Assembly: GCF_000143415.4 (NCBI RefSeq)
Contig: NW_003314290.1
Coordinates: forward strand, 1,328,536-1,392,535
From: Selaginella moellendorffii
Lineage: Eukaryota > Plantae > Lycopodiophyta
Direction: 5' to 3'
DNA: 64,000 nt
A program made the translations under genes and the position numbers. Shown one piece after another: positions 14,118 to 23,645 of the stretch; the stretch's first letter is position 1; every line of letters starts with the position of its first letter. The notes beneath the pieces were generated by a model. It worked only from the letters and a program-made list of their open reading frames with translations. It did not search any database and was not told the DNA's origin.

Positions 14118-15362
14118 ATTACCCTACTTTCATAATACATTAATGTAGTGTAACATATAGACTGTTCAATTGGGATTAATCCCTAAACAATAATTCTTAT
14201 ATCCCAAACACTCACATTAGTGGAGTGGAGGGGCACTACAAATTATCACTAAAGAGTAAAGCTTTTTGGCAAAGTGTTTGCAATTGTTCCACTTTGTTTA
14301 TTCCCTCATTCTTCCATTAAATTTAGCTTCTCCATTGTCTAGATCATTATTGCTTTTGGAACTAACTTGATATCATAAATATTCTAAGAATCTCAAATGG
14401 TATAAGGCCAAAAGTCATTTGCATAGGTCATCTTTCAATCTTACTACATCTAGAATGGCATTAAATGTAACACACATGAATTTGGAGCCAAAATCTAAAC
14501 TTATTATGTTACAAAATAAGTTTAGTACACTTTCAATCTTATGAGCATCAACTCCATATCCAGCATCTACATGCAAAATGGTGTCAGACATGGTTTAGCA
14601 CAATTTTGGCATATTAATAGCCTAAAACAAGGAGATGGGTACCCTATTAACTAACAGAGCATGGAATTTGGGATTAGACCTATGTTAAATATAGAATAGA
14701 GAGCAATATAACTTAGAAAAAGCTAAACTAATAATGTCTCAAATGTTCAACTATGTAATTTAACCATTATCCCCACTATACATTTGAAACCCTTTATAAC
14801 CCCTACCCACCCATCTCAGTGATGTTTTAAATGAGTTTTTCCAACTAAATATTATCAACAAGGAAAGTTAAAACTGGGCTAACTATTGTTTGACTAACTA
14901 AGAATTTTTTTTTTTTATTAATAGAATCCTTGATCAGTTTCGGTTTTGAGCATTCCTATATTCCACAATTTTCCAAAGTTTTAAGTTGAATGTATTTTCC
15001 TCAATATGAATAGTATTAAAAAAATTATTTTACTGTTGTTACTAAAAAAATTATATATTTTTTTGAGAGTGGAGTTTTCCATTGATTTCTTTGTCTTCTT
15101 TATCTCCTTAAGGCATTTTATAACAAGATGTCAGGTCTAATCCTTAATTAAGATATCTATTTAAATATCCCAACCACTCACAATGTTTACTTTATAAATA
15201 TTTTCTAAATGTGAAAGTTTATTTAAAATTGTTTTCTAGTAAATTCAAGACCGGATTAAAAGCTTTAAGTTACAACAGCTAATTTGTAAAGTTAAATATG
15301 GATATACTAACTTCAAAAACTAGAATATTCACATTTGATGCCAGCACTAGGGTTTCTTTTGG

Positions 15363-16286
15363 ATGTGGGGGAGTGGCAAGGCGATGCTCCAGGGCTGGTT
15401 CAATGGTGGCCCCAGCGGCGATGGAGCTGCCGGCGATGGAGCTCCTAGCCTTCTATCGCAGTGGAATTCCTACGCGGAGGTATCGCGCCAGGAGGCCGGG
15501 GGTCTGGATGTGGAAGCCGGCGCGCTCTTCAAATCCGCCAACGACACAATCTCCGGCGCATTCAGCACGTAAGATCTCGTTTCCTCTCCAGATCCTGGTT
15601 TCTAGAGCCCGATCCGTGCTATGCTCGCACACAATTCTGTGTTTAGTTTCATGTTTTCTTTGTCAGGTTGTCTAAGGGCGTGAGAGAGCTTCCTGGAAGC
15701 GTACAATCGGCGACGAGCGGGATTCCTTCTGGAAAGGCGATCACATACTTTGCTCTGCTGCTGGGATCCGGGGTCTTCTTCCTCTTCATCTCCTTCACTA
15801 TGTTCTTGCCGGTGATCGTTCTCGTGCCTCAAAAGTTTGCGTCGTGCTTCACGATCGGATGTCTGCTCGTCATGGGATCTTTCTTCGCGCTGAAAGGTCC
15901 TCGCGCGCAGTTTGCTCACATGATCTCGCAGGAGGTGAGAAGTTCTTAGATTTGTTCCATGGATTGGTGGTCTCACGCTTTCGTTCTTTCTTTCTTTTTT
16001 GGATTTGTAGAGGTTGCCTTTCACTGCGGCCTTCGTTGGAAGCATTGTGGCGACGATCTACGCGTCGATGGTGTTGCACAGCTACTTGTTCTCAGTTCTT
16101 TTCTCTGTAGTTCAGGTAAGCTCGAGCTACTTCGAAAAAATCAAGTTTGCTTCTTTTCTTTTTGCGTGTTTGCAGCTTCTGGCATTGCTCTACTATGTCA
16201 TATCCTACTTCCCAGGTGGCTCCTCGGGCCTCACCTTTATATCCTCCATGGCCAAATCGTCTGCCTCAAGAGTTTTTGGTGGCTAA
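15363..16286 (+). CDS. Got1/SFT2-like vesicle transport protein (4 exons)
   Basis: Exons about 15363-15568, 15667-15934, 16011-16116 and 16176-16286. Motifs FLPVIVLVPQKFA..FTIG, GP..Q..HM, RLPFT and YYVISYFPGG. The start could be 15384. Confidence 0.92.
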
Positions 16287-16511
16287 AAAGTTTGTAAGTT
16301 TTCGTGCTTTCAATGTAGACATTCATTGTTGTAGTTCTTGCCACTTGAAGAAATCGATTGGTGATACTTGGAAGATGAGTAAGCTTCTAGCAAAAAAATG
16401 TTGGAAGACTTGGGAAGAATGTATGGATTCATATTAAGAGAGACAATGACAATGACAATGAAACTAACAATGAGACAATGACAATGAAATACTTAATACA
16501 TAGCTTAAGGC

Positions 16512-17759
16512 TTACGCTTCGTCTCCTTCCTCGTTCATGGCCGCAAAGTCCAGTGGATAGCGAAGAATCCCTCCAATCCCTCCATATCCCGAGCAAAAGC
16601 TAGACCCTTCCTCCGTGTGATTCGTGATTATGTGCAGCTCGCACCCAAATCCTTTGTACTCCTCCGCAAGCCACTCCACCAGAGCCTTCTCTTCCACCTC
16701 CCTGTTCCTTGGAACCTCTTCCTTCGCTTCCTCCTTGCTCAAAACCTTGGTCACCTTGTTCCCGGTCTGGGGATCGTCGTAGACATACCTCCTCGTTTCC
16801 AAATCCTCGTAAACAATCAAGCTCTTCACCGCTCCCATTTCCAACGCCTGGAGCGTGTCCCTGATCCCCGATACGTGCTTGTTGGAGCAGACTCCGACCT
16901 CCTCGAAGAACTCCCCCAGCAGCTTCTTCTCCTGGACGAACTTCACGCTGGCTAGAACATCCTCCGAGAGCTCGATCGCCTGATTAAACCCCCGTTCTCC
17001 TCCATGGGATATAGTCACCACCTTGAGAACTTTGGCCCTCAGCCGGGGATCCAGCAAGGGCTCCAGCTCCGTCTTGAGATCGGCGCTCCCCGCGAGGATC
17101 AATCCCGCAACGTTGGCCTGGCTGCTGCTGGGATCGATGAAGTGCTTCACGGCAGCTTCGGATGCCTGGACGAGATAGTTGTGGCGGCACCCGGTTCTTA
17201 GTCTATCGAATCGCAAGGCCGACTGCCCTCCCCGGCCGTGCTTCTTCGGCAAGTCCACGCTGGACTTGTCGAGGATTAACCGTCAAGCCCCACTGAGCGT
17301 CCCAAACAAGGTCCCGTTACCGTCCATGACGATGAATCCATACTTGGTCTCGGACTCCTCGAGCAGGAAGTCCAAAAGCTCCGTGTGGAACCTCTTGTCG
17401 CAGAGATACGCAAACCGGCTCAAGGGCTTGGCGGGCTCAAAGCTCACGGCAATCATCCTGTCCTTGTTGCCCCCTAGAGCAATCGTCCCCACGAAGATCG
17501 CCAGGCCCCTGGGCGGCACCTTGGAGTAGAGCTTCAGCCGCTGCTGGGCCGATTTGATGGCGCCCTGGACCGACTGGCGATTGGTCCGGCTCTTGATGTT
17601 CGCCGCCGCCCCCATCTCCTCCACCAGGAGCTTCTGGACCCTAGCCACTTGATCTCGCGGCGGCACCATGAGCGTGATCATGCTCGTCCCGTTACCTTGC
17701 ATCTCGCTCAGATCGCCGAGAAGCCTGCGCGTGCGCCATAGCTCCACGCCGACCTCCAT
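16512..17759 (-). CDS. eRF1-like peptide chain release factor interrupted by one in-frame TGA (readthrough candidate or pseudogene)
   Basis: ORFs 17283-17759 and 16512-17258 are in the same frame, joined by TGA plus 8 sense codons ([31 protein letters not shown]). Motifs GNGTSM, NIKS, YLCDKRF, GGQ and GYGGIGGILRY are present; the terminal stop is TAA; no introns. Confidence 0.9.
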
Positions 17760-17809
17760 CGCTTCTTTCTCGCCCTAAAATCTCCTCAAGCCCTACGCGC
17801 AGGGCACGA

Positions 17810-17816
17810 TTATATA
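17810..17816 (-). promoter_or_regulatory. Candidate TATA box of the eRF1-like gene
   Basis: TATATAA on the minus strand about 50 nt upstream of the ATG. Confidence 0.5.
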
Positions 17817-18382
17817 CCCCCAGCTTTTCAATCCTGCCCGTCCGATATAACTCAAATTTAACCTCGGAGATCCACGGCTGGCGTTTGAAAAGAATTTACC
17901 GACGCGAGAATCTTCCTTTTTTACACTAGGGTTCTTCCTGTTTGCATGGTTTTGTTGAACGAGGGCCGCTCAAGCGTGGGCGGAGCCTTCCAAGTGAAAT
18001 CTATGGTCGCTTCTTCCTTTTCCTCGCACATTTAGCGTGTCTAGTGTGTGCGCTCTACCTCGTTCAACGCTCTTTCTCTCACCTACCATTCTTCCACAAA
18101 GGCTGCCGCGCGTGCGCTCTACATTTGAGAGATTTCTCCTCGCCTTGGGGACGAGATTTTGGATTCGCGGTTCGCAGATCTGGGAGGAATCGCTCGGCAA
18201 GTTCAGGTAGCTTTTCTTTGAGGAATTCGCCCAAATTTGTTTTTTTTTTCTTCGGTCTGTGTTCTTCGAATTTTTTTCTGGGCTTTCGGCCTGTGCATGC
18301 TTTGCTCGATTAATGTGGGTGTGTTTCGCGTGATCCAAGTTCTTACAAACTTGTGGTGCTTGTCTCCAAATTCTAGAGAGCT

Positions 18383-19860
18383 ATGGCCTCGGCGACTTCC
18401 ATCGGTGCTAGATCCGTGTGCTGGTCCTCGGAGGAACTACTTGCTGGGAGATCGTCATGGAGCCTTGGAAGCACCAGTAGAGTGAGCTTTCTCAGCAGAA
18501 ATCCTCCAAAGGCTATGGCTCTCAACCTCAAGAAGAAGAACGCAAAGTTCTTCCTCCAAATTCGAGCTGTGTCTTCCACTCCAACCATAGCTGAGGACAC
18601 TCCCTCGTCTCCAGCATCGACAAGTAAGACGACAACTTTTGCTCTCTTTTTTTTCTAGATATTTTTCCAGTTCACTGTTCATGGAGGTCTTAAACAACAA
18701 CTCTTCCGACTTAACTTACGGTGTGTGTTGTGGTCAGGCGAATCTGCATTGATCCTCATCCGACATGGTGAATCGCTGTGGAACCAGAAGAATCTTTTCA
18801 CGGGATGTGTAGACGTTCCACTTTCTCGTGAAGGTGTCGAAGAGGCAATTGAAGCAGGCAAGAGAATTTCCAATTTGCCAGTTGATGTGATCTTTACGTC
18901 CGCTTTGATTCGAGCTCAAATGACCGCCATGCTTGCCATGACTCAGCACCGCATGAAGAAGGTAAAAAAAAAAAAGAAAGAGTTCTTGAGTTTTGTTTTT
19001 TGTTTTTCTCTTTTCTCAAAAAATATTTCTTTTCTTTTGTTTTAGGTGCCCGTGATTTTGCACAATGAAAGCAGCCGAGCAAAATCCTGGAGCACCGTAT
19101 TCAGCTCGAAGACGAAGAACGAAACGATTCCAGTTTTTACTGCCTGGGAGCTCAACGAAAGAATGTGAGTACTTGTCTCTTTTTTCAAGCCGATAGTTCT
19201 CATTGAAGCAAAGCGTCCAGGTATGGCGAGCTCCAGGGACTAAACAAGAAAGAGACCGCCGAGAAGTATGGCGTCCAAAAGGTCCAGGAATGGAGACGGA
19301 GCTACGACATTCCTCCTCCAAACGGAGAGAGTTTGGCTATGTGCGCTGAGAGAGCCGTGGACTATTTTTGCAGAGAGGTATTTCTAAAACTTTCCCAGCG
19401 AAAAATTCAATCTTTTTTCTTTTCTCTCTCGCAGATCGAACCACAGCTTTCCAGTGGCAAGAACGTTTTGATCGCTGCGCATGGAAATTCTCTACGATCG
19501 ATCATCATGTATCTCGACAGCCTTACACCACAAGAGGTAGAAAGTTTTAATCCGTTTGGCTAGAAAATTCTCAGGCATTTTTTTACTCAAGGTGATTGAA
19601 CTTGAGCTTTCGACTGGAGTCCCAATGCTCTACGTGTTCAAGGACGGCAAATTTTTGCGGCGTGGAAGTCCCATAAGCCCCGATTCCACTGGTCCATACG
19701 CATTTACTCCAGTAAGTAATTCTGTTTCTCATTTTCTGCGATGGAAGTTGGTAATTGCCAATTTTGTTTCCAGGATTTGGCACTGTATCGTGAGAGGCTG
19801 GACAAAATGCTAGAGCAAGAGACGAAAACCATGGAAGAGATCGCAGAGTCAGAAAATTGA
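18383..19860 (+). CDS. 2,3-BPG-dependent phosphoglycerate mutase family protein, probable plastid transit peptide
   Basis: LILIRHGESLWN..FTGCVDVPL, LNERMYGELQG, WRRSYD, AAHGNSLRSI and LELSTGVP across about 7 exons; Ser-rich N-terminus; TGA at 19858-19860. Confidence 0.92.
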
Positions 19861-20241
19861 GCTACTGTGTAAAAAGATTTCATCCAATTTTCAATGGTAG
19901 CTTCCCGTTTGATCAAATAAAAATTAAGGGTTCGTGGTTATTAATCCCTCTGCCGCAAAACTTTAAAAAGATATTTATTTGCTTGACAGCAAACCAAAAT
20001 CGAATAAAACAGTTTTTTCTTAGAAAAAAATTGTATATTCCAAGAAGAAAATACATTTCTACACCCTAGAAAGAATATTCGAGAGACTGTCAAGGGTCAA
20101 AGCGGTGCCCTTGGTGTGATCCTCTTGCGATCATTTCTCTAACATCTACCACCTCCGGGAAAAAGAATGAAAAAATCGATCAAGCTCCCTGCTTGCAAGC
20201 CTGACCGTCTCGATCAATCAAAAATCTCTCCACCATCTGGA

Positions 20242-20589
20242 TCAGTCGAAACACTCCGCCAGTTCCACATCGTTGCTTTCCACCATCCCGGCCAAATCCT
20301 GGAAAGATCCAGCATTTGTCCTCAAGCCCGCGAAACTCCTGTGCTTGCAAAGCCTGGGAGCCGGATCCACCGGAAGGCTCGCCGCTGGGATGCAAGACAT
20401 GGAAGCGCTCCTCCTGATCGTCTCCTTGGCGGCGCTGGCGCTGGAGCACCGCGCCTCCTTGTGTGGGCTGGTCACGCTCTTCCAGGTAGGGGGTTTGTGG
20501 AGGCCACAGCTACAATTAGAGTGATAGCGCTTCTTCTCGCACTGGCATGGATCGATGCAAGCCAACGCCGTTGGAAGATACCCCTCCAT
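20242..20589 (-). CDS. Hypothetical small Cys/Ser-rich protein
   Basis: 115-aa ORF in a GC-rich patch with a good start context (AGG ATG G); no recognised homology. Confidence 0.3.
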   Translation of the reverse strand: MEGYLPTALACIDPCQCEKKRYHSNCSCGLHKPPTWKSVTSPHKEARCSSASAAKETIRRSASMSCIPAASLPVDPAPRLCKHRSFAGLRTNAGSFQDLAGMVESNDVELAECFD

Positions 20590-23039
20590 CCTTGATCGAT
20601 CGACTATCTATCTATTCGATCTTTCTATCCCTTGCAAGTGACGTGATGCTGAGCTACCTGCGACTCGAATTGCATGGATTGAAAGATCGCGGGCCATTAA
20701 ATCCTCACATCCTGGAGCCTCGACACCACAGGAAAGGATTTGCCTCGGCGAGAGAAATCGCCTCGCTACCGCGGCCTCTGCCTCGTCCAAGAATGCGTTG
20801 TGGAGGCCGCCTTTAAGACTCGTGTTAAAAGACACTTATTTTACTTTGGTAGTGTAAACTACCGCAAATAGGGAGGGAACTCGTTTACCACGAATTGAAC
20901 GCCTTTTCCTCGTCGAGGTCTGGGAGAACAGTGTTCGTTGGTTAAATTGGTTTATTTATTTATTTTTCCTTTAAAAAATTAGGTTTTTCATTTTTGCTGT
21001 TACCTTTCTCAAGGCATGGAAGTTTATCTTATTGACACAAAACTGTAGCTAACATTTTGCTATCTCCAACTTGTTCTCCAAACAGGAAATTGCATAACTA
21101 CAACACAACTAAAACACAACTGTTTAGGTGGCTTGATCCGGATTTGATTCTATTTGATTTTTTGAGGAGTTTGCCCCCAAATTCCATCCAAGGAGCAAGA
21201 AAACCCAACCCTTCCATGATCTCTTTTGCTTGTTTTCTTCGATCTTGGCTTTCTTGGCCACAAAGGAAGAGAGATTCTTACTTAGAGCCCCCAACATTTT
21301 AAGTTTCTCTTGGGCCCCCAGTCGCATCTTCAACTTGACCCGTTTGTCCTGTTAGTATGAGACGTGCATGAAGACGAGCAGCGGGACCATCTCCTTTGTT
21401 TTTCTAATTGTAAGCTCTTTTTTTTTGGGAAGATGTGTCATTAACTTAGACATTGTTAACTGTGGGAAGGAAAGATAAACTCTTCTGTTTGTTTAATAAC
21501 CTTTAAACATTTTTTGGGGCATTATTTATCTAGTTTTTTCCCGCTGAGTTGACTTGATTGAGAGTGGCTCAAACACCAAATTTAAACAAAAAACTTTGAA
21601 TTGCGATGCCATGCACATGGATGACTATGCATGCCCATGCATGCTGCAACACGCACTTTTGTTGATCTTGTGCTGCTACGTCATTATGATCCCACGGAAG
21701 CATCTTGTACGGCGGTGGGCAACCCGAGCCCTAACAACAACACTTGGTTGACGAGAGCGTCGACAATCTGGCCGACAAGGCTAGGCTGGTTTTTTTTTTT
21801 TGCCTGGAACCCTAAAATCTACCTCGGCGGCGTGGGATTCTGAATGGCGGAGAATCTGATCGGCAGCCAGCTTCTAGATTTTAATCCCCACTTTGGTGGT
21901 TAGGCTTGTGCAATCCCCAAACAGATATAGATAGATTAGATATGTATGTGTGTGAGTGTGATTTCATTCAAGAAATGCCATGCAAGAAATATCAGGGTTT
22001 CTAGATTGTTTGTGACTGATGGCACTTTGGATTGGATGGATCACCTCAAAGGGTTTCTTTCCCCTCCAAACAATCCTTCCTCTCCAGTGCCCACATTCTT
22101 TGTCGTGGCTTGCTTGCTTTTGTCGAAGATCTCTTCTTTTTATTTTACTTTTTATAAAAGTTTTTCATCGCGCTACTTTCTTATCCTTGTCCTTCCGTTT
22201 TCGACACAGGCAAGCATCCATTATTTCTGTGGCCACAATTTTCAGCATTAGGGTTTGCATTGAATGCCACCAAACCTTGTATTCCCTATGATTGATGCCA
22301 CTTTTCCTCCAACCTTTGCTACACTCTCTATCCGTTCATTCCCTGGCTTACTCACGATCAATCAATTGCAACTTTTTGCCCGCCGACGTGTCAGGTGACG
22401 TCATCATACTACCTATACAAATTGCTAACCTAGGGCCTAAGGAGCAAATGCCCCGTGTGTGAATCTTCCAAATATAAGAAGCAGCGAAGAATAGGACAAG
22501 GTGACGTGGGGTCACACATTGAAATTGTATAAGCAACGATCTTTTCTAGTACACAAAATTTCCCATTTGATATTGATTTGATCATGTAGTGCGTCTATAG
22601 TTGGGGAACAAAGTTAGGCCTTGGAAGGTTGGCAAGGAGAAAAACCTCTCTTTCTTGCCCTATCTCAATTCCATCTCTCCTTTTTTTTGTCAAGTGATGT
22701 GTCTAGAAGCCCGTGCGACTCGCTAAAATCGAATAACAAGACTTGTTCCGGGAAAGTGATACCTCTGGTTTTACAATGTCAATCCCTATGATTTTGGAGA
22801 GAAGAAATCTTAATTTTTTAAGACATTAAAATCCCAACAACAATGCTTCGAAAGATCAAACACTCTGATCAATCTAATACATTTTTTCTTTTTAAGATAG
22901 AAATTTCCCCCGAGGAAGCGAAGATTCTCCCTACCTTGATAACGACACCGCAAGGCACTGGGATTCCGGCTTAAGTAATCCTGCTTTGACCAGGTCGCCC
23001 TTGTGTTAGGTGGAAGCCTAGACCTAGGGCGCGCGGATG

Positions 23040-23200
23040 GCCACGTGGCAGATAACTGACACGTGACGTGGCCCACCTCCGCGCGATGTGGCGGCGAGTC
23101 AAACGTGATGGCGTATTCAAACCCTCCACGTATGCATGCCATGCGTCGGCTATCATGAGGTCATAATGGTATGGGAATGGGCATCGATGGCCATGCATGG
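23040..23200. promoter_or_regulatory. G-box/ABRE and RY-like motif cluster upstream of the TGA gene
   Basis: GCCACGTGGC (23040), GACACGTGACGTGGC (23058-23072), further ACGT cores and CATGCA-type motifs. Confidence 0.55.
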
Positions 23201-23645
23201 CCATCCCAAGGCATTATAATGAATGTATCACACAGTCTTTGACCACTCTTCTCCTTCTTCTTCCTCGGTCTATAGCGGGCGCTCACTAGCGCTTTCAATC
23301 CACTTGCTCTTTCTTCTCGAGTTCATCGACTCTTTCGACTCGTGAATCGATGAATCGATCGGTTTCGATCGATCAACTAGCTCGTGTCGATCTCTTCCTG
23401 TAAATCTTCTCCAGGCTATAGAAATCTTCCGTGTAGATTTACTTACAGCGACAGGAAAGGAGAAACCGCGAGTGGTGGAAAGCTCGTTTCTCAGATTTTG
23501 GGTGTGGGTCTAGAGCTCTCCAGAAGCATTAGCTTGAGATTGGAACCTTGGAAAGGAAGGATTTGTAGAGTCACACAGGGATTTGGAACGGAGAATGAGG
23601 CCGCGGCAACACCAGCACCAGCAAGAGCAAAGTTCCCAGGATTGA

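Noticed and set aside
13698-14143. YI/YT-rich ORFs
   Set aside because: Translations of the TA/CA microsatellite.
17259-17285. Intron or frameshift explaining the break between the two eRF1 ORFs
   Set aside because: The gap is exactly 24 nt plus the stop, stays in frame and aligns without indels to canonical eRF1; splicing would delete conserved residues.
17283-17285. Selenocysteine or RNA editing at the internal UGA
   Set aside because: Land plants lack the Sec machinery, the position is not a Cys site, and plant C/U editing is organellar rather than nuclear.
21545-21580. miR171-like sequence (TGATTGAG...)
   Set aside because: Only the first 8 nt match and no precursor stem is evident.
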